Below are positions 11,765-24,180 of a DNA stretch of 64,000 nt, piece after piece. Both the position numbers and the translations under genes were made by a program. Positions within the stretch are counted from its first letter, which is position 1, and each line of letters starts with the position of its first letter. Source of the DNA: Eledone cirrhosa (lineage: Eukaryota). The stretch lies in the NCBI GenBank assembly GCA_964016885.1, contig OZ024755.1, forward strand, positions 22,196,001-22,260,000. Direction: 5' to 3'. Under the pieces are notes generated by a model. The model searched no databases. It saw only the letters and a list, made by a program, of their open reading frames with translations, and was not told where the DNA came from.

Positions 11765-13431
11765 TAAACACACAAACACAGACAGAACAAATGCACACTC
11801 ACACATACATTCACACAAACACAACACATACATTCACACATACATTCACACACACACAACAACACACATTCACGCAAACCAACATACATTCACACACACA
11901 CAGACACACACACAGACACACACACATTCCCACAAACACACACATACATTCACACACACACAACAACACACATTCACGCAAACCAACATACATTCACACA
12001 CACACAGACACACACACAGACACACACACATTCCCACAAACACACACATACATTCACACACACACAACAACACACATTCACGCAAACCAACATACATTCA
12101 CACACACACAGACACACACACAGACACACACACATTCCCACAAACACACACATACATTCACACACACACGCATTCACACAAACATATGTGTGTGTGTGTG
12201 AGATGTGTATGTATCAGTGAGTGTGTGTGATGTTCTGATGTGTGTGTGTGTGTGTGTGTGTGAGATATTCTGATGTGTGTGTGTGTTCTGATATGTGTGT
12301 GTATGTGTGTGAGATGCTCTGATGTGTGTGTGAGATATTCTGATATGTGTGTGTATGTGTGTGAGATATTCTGATATGTGTGTGTGTTCTGATATGTGTG
12401 TGTATGTGTGTGTGTGTTCTTATATGTGTGTGTGTGTGTTCTGATATGTGTGTGTATGTGTGTGTGTGTTCTTATATGTGTGTGTATGTGTGTGTGTGTT
12501 CTGATATGTGTGTGTATGTGTGTGTGTGTTCTTATATGTGTGTGTGTGTTCTGATATGTGTGTGTATGTGTGTGTATGTGTGTGTGTGTTCTGATATGTG
12601 TGTGTGTGTATGTGTGTGTGTGTTCTGATATGTGTGTGTATGTGTGTGTGTGTTCTTATATGTGTGTGTATGTGTGTGTGTTCTCACTGATTGTTCTGAA
12701 AGAATGGCAGGAAATATCAGTTGTAAATAAAACAAGTGGGAAAGTAACTTTAGATGCAGGGCATTGGTCTGATGGTATGTATGTTTACACATACATACAG
12801 GCATATTTTTATATATACACATGTATACATGTCTTATATATATATATATGCATATATGTATAAATGTCTTATATATATATATGCATATATATATATATAT
12901 ATAGTATATATATAATATATATATAATATATATATATAATATATATATATATAATATATATATAATATATATATATAATATATATATAATATATATATAA
13001 TATATATATAATATATATATAATATATATACATATAATATATATATAATATATATATATAATATATATACATATAATATATATATACATATAATATATAT
13101 ACATATAATATATATACATATAATATATATACATATAATATATATATATATATAATATATATATATATATAATATATATACATATAATATATATATATAT
13201 AATATATATACATATAATATATATACATATAATATATATACATATAATATATATACATATAATATATATACATATAATATATATACATATAATATATATA
13301 CATATAATATATATACATATAATATATATATATATAATATATATATATATAATATATATATATAATATATATATATATAATATATATATATATAATATAT
13401 ATACATATAATATATATACATATAATATATA

Positions 13432-13490
<59 letters not shown>
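11765..13490. repeat. Compound CA-rich, TG-rich and TA-rich microsatellite/minisatellite block
   Basis: CA-rich ~104-bp units (11790-12180), TG-rich TTCTGATATG units (12200-12680), and a TA/TAA tract (12835-13490). Confidence 0.9.
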
Positions 13491-13493
<3 letters not shown>

Positions 13494-14061
13494 CCATGGA
13501 AGATGGACGTTAAACAATGATGATAATGATATATATATATGTATATATAAGTTTATCCCAGGTTCAATCGGGGGTAACCACAGTAACTAAGGTACTCAAT
13601 ACATAGCAGAGTATAAATATTTAATATAGAAAAGGCTTCTACAGGACTACACACATATATATATACATACATATATATATATATGTATGTATATATGCGA
13701 ACACACACACACATATAAGAACACACACACACATATATCAGAACACACACACATACACACATATATGTATATATATAAGCCAGATCAGTTCCTGTATGAG
13801 CAAGGCATGGTCAGCCGACCAGACACTGCCCACAACAGGACAACCCGTCTAACCCATGCTAGCGTGGAAGAACGGACGTAAAACGGTGATGATGATGATG
13901 ATGATGTATATTCTTTTTATCCCAATAACTTAATTTAGTTATTGTATTGCCCTAGCCGGAGGTATATGGTCTGTAATGCGAAGAAATACCTATGATGGCT
14001 AGTAGACCACTGATGATGGATAGTCCTGGCTTCTATTTCTAATTCTTCATTTTATTATATA

Positions 14062-14275
14062 CTAGCAGATGTACCCGGCGTTGCTCGGGAAATGAATGAC
14101 AGCCTGTTTGTCCGTATAAAGTGAGCCAAAGGTTGAGCAAAGAATTGAAATGTAATTGTAAAAAAAGGTTTAACAAAATGGGTGTACAGTGACATGATTG
14201 AGTGAAATAAACGGCAACATAAAAACAATTCATGGGGTAGCTTGAGTTAATTGACGTGAATGATTTCAGCTCGGC
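14062..14275 (-). mobile_element. Helitron 3' end
   Basis: Reverse complement CCCGAGCAACGCCGGGTACATCTGCTAG|T, nearly identical to the 57972-58000 terminus. Confidence 0.65.
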
Positions 14276-14293
14276 CAAAAGTAGAAACCATTA

Positions 14294-14470
14294 TCGGTAG
14301 AAGGTCGGACGCCTTGCTTTGACGCATAGAGTTACGGCCCTTTACAGTCTGAGTTCAAATCCCGCCGAGGTTAACTTTGCCTTTCATCCTTGCGGGGATC
14401 GATAAAATAAAGTACCAGTAATGCACTGGGGTAATTGCTGGCCTTGTGCCAAAAGTAGAAACAATTATTA
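14294..14470 (+). mobile_element. SINE family A
   Basis: B box GAGTTCAAATCC, core and tail as in family A. Confidence 0.85.
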
Positions 14471-14494
14471 GTTACACTAATTACTTAATAAAAT

Positions 14495-14820
14495 ATCAAT
14501 CGCTCTGCGACAAGTTTGCGGTCGATCCCGTGGGAGTGGAGACTTCTAGTGCCCTTGGCCCTAGGGCCACCTCCCTACTCACCACCATCGGCACAGAGTT
14601 GGCTTCCCACAGGTGTGAGCTTCGCCGGCTGGAATGGCTCTTCCAGCGCGTCTTCCTCATCATCCTCCGGGGAAACGCCTTCTGTATTCTGTCCGCCGGG
14701 GTCGCATGGTGGCGGCCAGTGCGTGGGCCCCCATTTGCTCACAATAACGAAAGATGGGGAGAGCGGGAGAGATTGAGGCAGTGACAGTGGTAGTTTAGTT
14801 CCTTTGTCTCCAGACCTGGT
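14495..14820 (+). mobile_element. 3' fragment of a CRE-like non-LTR retrotransposon (C-terminal restriction-like endonuclease region + 3' UTR)
   Basis: GC-rich segment translating DKFAVDPVGVETSSALGPRATSLLTTIGTEL...EWLFQRVFLIILRGNAFCIL, matching the F.P...ET.G..G..A....FQR.S....RGNA..IL signature of CRE-clade RLE C-termini. Confidence 0.75.
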
Positions 14821-14833
14821 ATATATGTTATAT

Positions 14834-15495
14834 CAGGGGTTCTCAAACTTTTGGGGCCACCGCCCCATCCCCCTCACAGCCACGTAGTACCCTCAGCGCC
14901 TCCCAACCCTATTTCCAGAGAGACCTGTCTACACGCAAATTGTAAATAATATATAATAAATAAAATCGTTTATCTATAATAAATAATATAATATATACTA
15001 CATAAAATAAATATTATATATTTTTTATTTTGCTATATTTATATAATATGTATCATTTGATATTTAATATACTGTTATATCATGTCTACCACACCCTAGT
15101 ACCCTCTTAGGACCAATGCCCCTGGACCTTCTCAACGCCCTCTGGACCTTCTCAACGCCCCCTGGACCTTCTCAACGTCCCCTGGACCTTCTCAAAGCCC
15201 CCTGGACCTTCTCAACGCCCCCTGGACCATCTCAACGCCCCCTGGACCTTCTCAACGCCCCCTGGACCATCTCAACGCCCCCTGGACCATCTCAACGCCC
15301 CCTGGACCTTCTCAACGCCCCCTGGACCTTCTCAACGCTCCCTGGACCTTCTCAACGCCCCCTGGACCATCTCAACGCCCCCTGGACCATCTCAACGCTC
15401 CCTGGACCTTCTCAACGTCCCCTGGACCTTCTCAACGTCCCCTGGACCTTCTCAACGCCCCCCGGGGGCGGTAGCGCCGAATTTGAGAACCTCTG
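14834..15495. mobile_element. hAT-like non-autonomous element (MITE) carrying an internal minisatellite
   Basis: TIRs CAGGGGTTCTCAAA / TTTGAGAACCTCTG (Charlie-like termini); 8-bp TSD not clear. Confidence 0.7.
15118..15462. repeat. 20-bp minisatellite, ~17 copies
   Basis: Unit CCTGGACCTTCTCAACGCCC. Confidence 0.95.
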
Positions 15496-15820
15496 ATGTA
15501 TGTTTCAGAGACACACACACACTTTAGATATTAGCTTCCCTCTAGTTAAGAACAAAGCATGCAAGTTATTTAGATTTCACAGTACAATGTTTACAAATAA
15601 ACACAATTTAGAATTTAAAAAAAAAATTATATTTAAAAAACAAACAAACAAAAAATAAGAAAAGTAGGCGCAGTCAGGTGGAGTTTCCATCTAAGAAATC
15701 AAAACCGGTAAGAAACATCCCATCCCCAACCATCTTCAAGTCCTCTTATTCTCCTATTTCCCATCAGAATTTTTTCCAAAGTTCCTTTTTCTTTTTGTTT
15801 GGTTTTTAAACATTTCCTGT

Positions 15821-16440
15821 GACCCCTGTACAGTGTGACCGATTGACGCACTGTTGTCCGATGACCCCTGTACAGTGTGACCGATTGACGCACTGTTGTC
15901 CGATGACCCCTGTACAGTGTGACCGATTGACGCACTGTTGTCCGATGACCCCTGTATAGTGTGACCGATTGACGCACTGTTGTCCGATGACCCCTGTACA
16001 GTGTGACCGATTGACGCACTGTTGTCCGATGACCCCTGTACAGTGTGACCGATTGACGCACTGTTGTCCGATGACCGCTGTACAGTGTAACCGATTGACG
16101 CACTGTTGTCCGATGATCCCTGTACAGTGTGACCGATTGACGCACTGTTGTCCGATGATCCCTGTACAGTGTGACCGATTGACGCACTGTTGTCCGATGA
16201 CCCCTGTACAGTGTGACCGATTGACGCACTGTTGTCCGATGATCCCTGTACAGTGTGACCGATTGACGCACTGTTGTCCGATGACCCCTGTACAGTGTGA
16301 CCGATTGACGCACTGTTGTCCGATGACCCCTGTACAGTGTGACCGATTGACGCACTGTTGTCCGATGACCCTTGTACAGTGTGACCGATTGACGCACTGT
16401 TGTCCGATGACCCCTGTACAGTGTGACCGATTGACGCACT
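15821..16440. repeat. 42-bp minisatellite, ~15 copies
   Basis: Unit GACCCCTGTACAGTGTGACCGATTGACGCACTGTTGTCCGAT. Confidence 0.95.
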
Positions 16441-16495
16441 TACTGTTAAATTAATGGGATTTAGGAGGTATTTTTCTCTCGCTTTGGTTATATGC

Positions 16496-16795
16496 AGGGG
16501 CCTCGTTTGCCTTAAAGATGTGAGGGGGACAAACCAACATTTGTTGATTCTTAAAGGAGCATGTTAGTATTGCTTTAATGCCTTTCCCGGACCCTATCAC
16601 ATAAGTAAAATTTTACGCAAATTAAATTTTATATATTCAAATGAAGTTCCGATATAAAAAATAATTAGCTTAAAAAGAATTTATTATATCAAATAAACAA
16701 AATATAAAATATAGACGTTTGAAAAAAGTGTGCGTGTCTGTGTGTGTGTGTGGGGGTGCTTGTCCTCTGGTACTCCCCTGAAATAAGGTCCTTGG
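16496..16795 (+). mobile_element. MITE, copy 1
   Basis: Imperfect TIRs CAGGGGCCTCGTTT / AAATAAGGTCCTTG; homologous in reverse orientation to 17581-17833. Confidence 0.7.
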
Positions 16796-16988
16796 TTATA
16801 TATATTTGTGTATTATATGTATAAGGTTAATTGATTATATGTATGTACTTCTATTTAATCTTAAATATTTGTTATATGATAATAAAATCGGATGTATTTA
16901 TTTTTATTATCACCAAAAATTTGTGTATAATATTTATAAGGTTCTTAGCAATAATTAATTCTATTTATTTGTATCTGTTTATATTTTC

Positions 16989-17310
16989 ATTCTGTAAGAA
17001 GTATTTAAGTATAGTATATATATGTAACGGATATAATGTGTCTATATCTACATTCTGTAAGAAGTATTTAAGTATAGTATATATATATGTAACGGATATA
17101 ATGTGTCTATATCTACATTCTGTAAGAAGTATTTAAGTATAGTATATATATGTAACGGATATAATGTGTCTATATCTACATTCTGTAAGAAGTATTTAAG
17201 TATAGTATATATATGTAACGGATATAATGCGTCTATATCTTCATTCTGTAAGAAGTATTTAAGTATAGTATATATATTATGTGTTTATATTTTCATTTTG
17301 TAAGAAGTTT
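16989..17310. repeat. 63-bp tandem repeat, ~5 copies
   Basis: Unit CATTCTGTAAGAAGTATTTAAGTATAGTATATATATGTAACGGATATAATGTGTCTATATCTA. Confidence 0.9.
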
Positions 17311-17370
17311 TCATCAAGTATTATATATATTATATGAATCTATATATTTATTCTATTAGAAGTATTCGTT

Positions 17371-17536
17371 CAGTATCGGTAGAGGGTCGGACGCCATGCT
17401 TTGCAGCATACAGTTACTGTCTGAGTTCAAATCCCGCCGAGGTTAACTTTGCCTTTCATCCTTACGGGGTCGATAAAATAAAGTACCAGTAATGCACTGG
17501 GAATAATTGCTGGCCTTGTGCCTAAAGTAGAAACAG

Positions 17537-17537
<1 letters not shown>
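17371..17537 (+). mobile_element. SINE family A
   Basis: Family A head, core and tail, running into (TA)n. Confidence 0.85.
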
Positions 17538-17580
<43 letters not shown>

Positions 17581-17833
17581 CAAGGGCCTTGTCTCGGGGG
17601 AGGGGAGTACCAGGGGACAACCCCCCCCCCACACTTTTGATATAAATTCTTTTAAAGCTTTTTTTATATCTGAACTTCATTTGAATATATAAAATTTAAT
17701 TAGCGTTAAGTTTTCTTTATGTGATAGGGTCCAGGGAAGGCACCATAAGTAATACTAACATGCTCCTTTAATAATCAACAAATGTTGGTTTGCCCCCCCC
17801 CCCCCCACATTTTTAAAGCAAACGAAGCCCCTG
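17581..17833 (-). mobile_element. MITE, copy 2 (TA-flanked)
   Basis: TA|CAAGGGCCTTG ... AAACGAAGCCCCTG|TA; inverted homolog of 16496-16795. Confidence 0.7.
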
Positions 17834-18200
17834 TATATATATAGATATATATATATATATATGTTGTATGTATCTATATTTTCATTCTGTAAACATTATA
17901 TTGTATTCATAGAAAAGTAATAATGATGTTTTTTATTTATTTATTTTGCTGATAATGTATAAAATGTATAAAAGTAATTTAGAAAAAAATATATAAATAT
18001 ATAAAATAAAACAAATCCCAAACGTCCCCTGTATTATTTGTTCCCCTCATTTCATTTTAGTTAACTATGTTGCGAAAGTGTAAAAAATATATATAAATAA
18101 ATAAATACATGTAAAGTTATATTTAAAATTGTTGGGTTACAACTAGTAAATATTTATAACTGATATAAAAGCACTCGACAAATATTTGGAGTATATTTAC

Positions 18201-18575
18201 AATATTAAATAAATGGAAAACTATATTTATAAAACCATATTTATTTCATTATATATATTTTTCGGGGATATCATATTAACAATATGTTATGCCTTCATCA
18301 GACAAAATACAATATAAACAGTTTTATAGATAAATATATTCGACATACCGTAATAAACATCAACTTCATTTGAAGAGGTTTACTCTGCTAGAGTAAACCT
18401 CTTCAAATGAAGTTGATGTTTATTACGGTATGTCGAATATATTTATCTATAAAACTGTTTATATTGTATTTTGTCTGATGAAGGCATAACATATTGTTAA
18501 TATGATATCCCCGAAAAATATATATAATGAAATAAATATGGTTTTATAAATATAGTTTTCCATTTATTTAATATT
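18201..18575. repeat. Long palindrome, 186-bp arms, 3-nt loop
   Basis: Arms 18201-18386 and 18390-18575 are reverse complements, with no mismatch seen by eye; loop GCT. Confidence 0.95.
18472..18530 (+). ncRNA. Degenerate hammerhead motif inside the long palindrome (mirror copy on minus strand)
   Basis: CTGATGA 18475-18481, imperfect stem II around CATATT-GTT-AATATG, GAAA 18513-18516; stems I and III are poorly preserved. Confidence 0.45.
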
Positions 18576-18660
18576 ATAAATAAATAAATATATATTATAT
18601 ACTGAAGTAAAAGTTAAGTGGAAATATCCAAGAGTAAGAGTACTCAGTCCATAGGACGAG

Positions 18661-18664
<4 letters not shown>

Positions 18665-18709
<45 letters not shown>

Positions 18710-18835
18710 CACGTATGTATGTATGTATGTATGTATGTATGTATGTATGTATGTATGTATGTATGTATGTATGTATGTATGTATGTATGTATGTATGTAT
18801 GTATGTATGTATGTATGTATGTATGTATGTATGTA

Positions 18836-18892
<57 letters not shown>
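18665..18892. repeat. Compound (AT)n-(GTAT)n-(GT)n microsatellite
   Basis: Seen directly; begins about 10 nt from the splice donor of the exon. Confidence 0.95.
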
Positions 18893-18894
<2 letters not shown>

Positions 18895-18902
18895 ATACTT
18901 AC

Positions 18903-19084
18903 AAGAGTGTAGTTTGTTGTGGTACTCTAACTACGTTAGTTAATCCTTTATACATACACTGTACTTTGTTGTCGTTACATTGACATAATCTGGGACAAAA
19001 TCCATAGGTACAGGTCCAAAAACAGGCAGACACAGTTAAGAAAGTTATCAAAGACCGACAAAATAAGAACACTTGTTTCGACAT
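18903..19084 (-). CDS. PXDN: First coding exon of a secreted LRR protein, most likely peroxidasin-like (signal peptide + LRRNT)
   Basis: [65 protein letters not shown] hydrophobic leader is followed by CPxxCxCx5QCM...P..T.LL, resembling peroxidasin [32 protein letters not shown] (from memory). It ends at a consensus donor TT|GTAAGT (GT at 18902-18901), phase 2 in the Leu codon, as is typical of LRR exons. The symbol is tentative: Slit/LRIG-type LRRNT proteins are not excluded and no downstream exon was found in the window. Confidence 0.75.
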
Positions 19085-19793
19085 AGTACCGCCTCACTCG
19101 TCTGATTCCTTCTACTGAGAACAACTTTTATTTTGTGTGTGTGTGTGTTTGTGTTTTACTGCCGGCAGTACCAAGTTGTAAGATACAGAAGCTGTCGCTG
19201 ACGGGCGACAGCTTAACTTTCTACCACCTCTTACCATTCTCTATCTATCTATTTATTTTATTTATTCATCTTAACATCTCCCGTGTCCTCCTCATCTCTT
19301 CATTCATTTTACCATTTAGTATCATTCTCACCGAGGTTAGCTGTGTTATTCATCCTTGCAGGGGTCGATAAAATAAAGCACCAGTAATGCACTAGGGGCG
19401 ATTTAATCGACTTCCCCTACCCCCCAAATTGCTGGCCTTGTGCTTAAATCTGAAACCATTATTACATGATCGCCAAATGCTAAGCCCATGTCAAAAAAAA
19501 ATTCGCAATTCTTAAATCCTTTTGAAAGATGAAGAATTTATGCGATGTCTAAATGACGATACGAACTTTCAACTTCCTTATCTTAATCATGTTTTGTAGA
19601 GAATTGCTTCAAGAATTGTATAACTTCACAACTATAATATGGTCAGTGTTTATACAAAGACATTTTCTTCTTAACTGTTATATCGTTGGTGGGTGTAGAC
19701 CTGTTGCTTTCTTCATTTCTTTTGTTGTTTAATTCCTTTTTTCTTATTTTTACTCTCTTTCTTATTTCCCCCTCTCCCTCTTAATTTCTTTAT

Positions 19794-19852
<59 letters not shown>

Positions 19853-20792
19853 ACTTTTTTTTACTACTGGATATTTTGTATTGAAATAAATTCTATGGAT
19901 TATCTGAGGTCAGCCGGGACTAAAGGCAGTCCAGCCATGACCCTATTGTGATGCTTGTCTATCTAGGAATATATTATACAGTGTGTTCAATTCTTAAGGC
20001 GGGCGTTTTATACGTTGCAGGCGCCTTGAATCCATGAACTCCTAAGAAAACTCAGGATTGCTGACGTTGGATTCCAACCTAAGCAATTCTAAAACTGGTT
20101 TGGAATGAAAGGTTTCATGTTGCTTATTTATTTCAATCAGACTCGCTTGAACTTCTCTCAAATGGAAACTAACGAAATTCTGTTTAATTAATAAGTTGAA
20201 TGTTGAAATAGTGTGTTCCTATTTACACCTAGATGTACTGGGGATACGAGAATGAAATAAGTCCCAACAATAAATAATTTATTCACAGTTGTATAAAAAG
20301 AAATATGATAATACAATGCTTACAGAACGAAAGCACAAACAAATATAATATAAAGGAAAGGGAAAGGAAAAACAAAAAAAAAGGAGGAAAAGAAAGAGAA
20401 AAGGAAAAAAAACAAACACAGAAGCAGGTAGCACACACTTCTAGGACCACATACATCAAAAGGGGTGAACAAACCGAGCCACTACCAGAGCAAAAGATAA
20501 CAGTATTGCGAGGAGCACTGGGAAACCTCTCTAATAATATTTCAAAGTACAGTTTACAAAATTAAAAACAATCGATCCTAATATCAATAAATAGTCGAAG
20601 ATCACAAGGTGTGGAAACAAACGATGAGTGATTTTTCCTTAATGTCACCCTCCTTAATGTCATCCTCTTTGTTAAATCTGTCACCGTTTCTATTGAATTC
20701 ACCCACCGACCACTTTCAAATTTGCCCTCCCACTAACACTTACCCCCACTTCCTCCCTTCTCCTCCATTTCTCTTATATTTCACTGTTTATA

Positions 20793-20985
20793 TAAAGGTC
20801 AGCTGAAAAGTTCATAAGCTGACTATGAAGGAGTGATGTTAGGGCTGTGAAATCTTGCATGCATTAATTTCATCTCTTCTTATTAATAATTACATTGTTT
20901 CTTTCCTAGGGACTATATTGAAAAATAAATCTCATTTGGTCATTCCATGAGAGTGTCTTGGTTAGCTTATGAACTTTTCAGCCAA
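20793..20985. mobile_element. Mariner-like MITE
   Basis: Inverted repeats GCTGAAAAGTTCATAAGCTGAC / GTTAGCTTATGAACTTTTCAGC, about 190 bp apart. Confidence 0.6.
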
Positions 20986-23559
20986 TAAAAGTTACTTCCA
21001 GCCAAATAATATACTCCTAAATCCAAACACCAATAGTCTGACTGAGATCTTATCACCCAGTCTGCTAGTCAGCCAGCTGTAAACTTGGTAATAAAATGAG
21101 AAGCAGGCAGGGAGAGAAAATAAACATAGTTAGACATTAGACTGATGATACAGCTGAAAATATAGCAATGTTAAGCTTTCTATATCAATTGGTGACTTAT
21201 TTTTTATCTACCCACTGCCCCAGTCACAGAATCATTTCATGCTGGGTTAACATTGCTCAAGACCTGGAGAGAAGAGATATGCTCTGCCAGGTTTCGTCCT
21301 TTCATGACTGCATTTCTAATTAAATACACTCTGTTTCAATTAATTAATTCACTCATTAAGGCTTTTGAGGAATTTATTAAAATTATTAAGGATTTCATTA
21401 CTAAGATAGTAACTTAATGTAAGGTTCTTACATAAAATTATGTTGGAAGATTTTAATTTAAATTGGAAACCTTTAAAATGGGTGACTTTATTTCATAGAA
21501 CTAGAGCCAGTTTTGGCTGGGCTAGTAACAAAATGGTTTAAAATGCCTTAGAAATGCTGTGTGTCAATACAGTGGCCCCTACGATTGCAGCAGGAGGGAG
21601 TTACGGGATCATATATCAATCCAACATTGCTGAAGGTAATATCTAGTTTTGATCAAAATAATTTTGGTGTCTGTAAGAACCAAACGATTGCAACTTGAAA
21701 CTAATTAAATCTGAAACTGTTACAGTTGTTGAAACACTTCTTCGCTTGAGTAAAAAATAACTAACTATGTAACATGGATTAATGAGAGAGCACCTTATGT
21801 GTTTAACCTACTAAAGTAGCAGCTGAATCTCCTTCCTCAAATAATATACTATATTCTTCAAAAAGAAGCCTGGAAAGAAAGATGGAATGGTTTCAGTTGG
21901 ATGAACCTTAAGCATATGTCTACTTGTTCAAGATTAAAAATGATAATATGATTACACTCCAAGAAAAAAGTATGTTTTGTTTATCATCTATTTGGTCAGA
22001 TGAGGTATTCTTTATACCAACTATCAACACTGTTGCAAAGATGTTTTAATGAAAAGATCATATGGCTGAATATGATAGATATAGATAATGCTCAGTTTAA
22101 ATTTGAGGTTGATAGAAAAATACCAGTCTAGTAGTGGGGTCACTTCTTTCTCTACATCTCTTTCTCACTTCCTTTCTCTCCTTCTCTGGAAGAAATCTGC
22201 TATATTCAGACCTGGAGAGGGATGGGCTCCATCAGGCTTTAAAAATACCCAAGAAATGCTGTATGTCAATGCAGCGCTCCTGACTCCTTACCTTCAATTA
22301 AATAAAAGCAGCTATGAAGTTTTGAAGTTTGAAATTCTGGGAAAAGATTGGAACAAGAAAATAAGTGTCAAGATAATTGGAGTACACATAATGTGGTATT
22401 TGTTGTTGTGGTGTATCCCCATCTTAACTACGAATAATAAAACCTATGGCAATTGTTCCAGATATACTATGTAGTCATTTAACTTAGAACCATACTGCAC
22501 AATATATGGTAGAGTGTGACAGTCTGGTCATGTAGTCTCTACCTCTTGAACTGAGGGGTTTCAAACTCAAGAACCCATTATGTCCTAAGGAAGAGGTACA
22601 GCAGGACAAAAGGACCATTACACACCTTTTCTTAAGTTATGTTCCCAAAACACTGGCTTCTAATAAAAAAACTGTTATTAATTTTATTAAATCGTTTCAA
22701 ATTCTTGATTATTTTCAAAACAACTGGAATTCATAGGCAGTGTGTTTCATTAGAAATTGTCTGAGAAAATATTTACAAAGGCTGGGTGTATCATGACTAA
22801 GTTAAAGATATAATCTTTATCAATGTGGAAGTAGAATTCTGGAGTTTGAGTCATTGAGCCAGTGATGTTGTCATTGTTGTTGTTGTTGTTGTTGTTGTTG
22901 ACCCATCCTTGTTGAGCAGTATCTAATAAAAAATAAAAGACACTATTAAAGAGAGAAGGAAAGGAAGAAGAAAGAAAAAAAAATGAAAAGAATAAAAAAG
23001 AGGATCAAGCAACAAAAGAAAGGAAAAGGAGTAGAGACAGTCATTACATACCAGTCTGAGTGGTACCTCAGCTGCACTCTAATCTGAGTAGTACCTCAGC
23101 TGCACCCAGTGGACAAAATGGCAAAGGCAGTGCCATGGAGAATGGCCAGGCACACCCACTGTAACAGCCACCCAACCTCATGGAGCTCCCTACTCCCGAC
23201 TTTACAGAGGAAATGTTTGTTATAATTCAGTTTAGATCGGCACTTTCTTCCCCCATCCTCCCCTAACTTGTCTCAATGGTACTGCAAAGAATATGAGAGC
23301 TTCTTTTCTTTCTCTGACTAATCGAGATAAACATTTTTTTAAATATTTACTGAAAAGCAAATTCTACAGAAGACCATTCCTCACTTACAAACTTGTGGCA
23401 GTTCTTACTATCCATAGCTGTGGTAAAATCAAAGATCTGCTCAAGACTGTTCTTCACACATATTTTCACACATATCTATGTATAGGTGTGGTAAATTCAG
23501 TTTCATCCATCTTCAATTCAAATGCATGTACTGTTTTTTTCTCTACAATCTTCTATTTT

Positions 23560-24180
23560 GCACAGCCCTGACCTTCTTAATTCCAGCAACAGCGGTTCTG
23601 TGGAATTTTTTATGTTCCACGCCATGTAATAGTTTTAATGTTGTCTGCACACTCTAGCAGTCCTCTTTCTCCTCTTTTTCTTGGTGGAATACCCCATATC
23701 TAGTCAATATCTTTCTTATTTTTTGGCCTAAACTGTTTAGCTCTTCTACTGTCCATGTGATCACCCCCACCCCATATCTAAGGAGTGATACCACCCATGT
23801 ATTGATAACTTCCATCTTATTCCATCCATTCAGTTTCGAATTGAGAATAAGTTTCAGTCTGCACATGTATTCCACCCTAAATTGTTCTTTCATTTCTTCC
23901 GACATTATCTTATCAACTTCCAAAATCCCTAAAATACTTATAACCTTCTTCTTCTATTTACTTCATAACCTTTCCTCATGGCAGCACCAACCCCTCAATG
24001 CTTTTAATTTTGACTCTGTTGAAAATTAATACACCACACTTTTTTAATCCAAACTCCATTCTGATGCCAGCACTAATATACATACCATATCAACGAGGGA
24101 ACCAAGCTGGGATTCATTTTTACCATGAATAATAAGTGGTTGACCTTTTGCTGGTGATCTTTCAATTCAAACCCAGCCTT
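23560..24180 (-). mobile_element. Decayed R4/Dong-like non-LTR retrotransposon RT C-terminal fragment
   Basis: ORF 23654-23923 EYMCRLKLILNSKLNGWNKMEVINTWVVSLLRYGVGVITWTVEELNSLGQKIRKILT, typical of the post-YKYLG region of R4-clade RTs. Confidence 0.75.

Noticed and set aside
15699-16454. Repetitive ORFs RQSVTLYRGHRTTV and THCCPMTPVQCDRL
   Set aside because: By-product of a stop-free 42-bp minisatellite; no domain or splice support.
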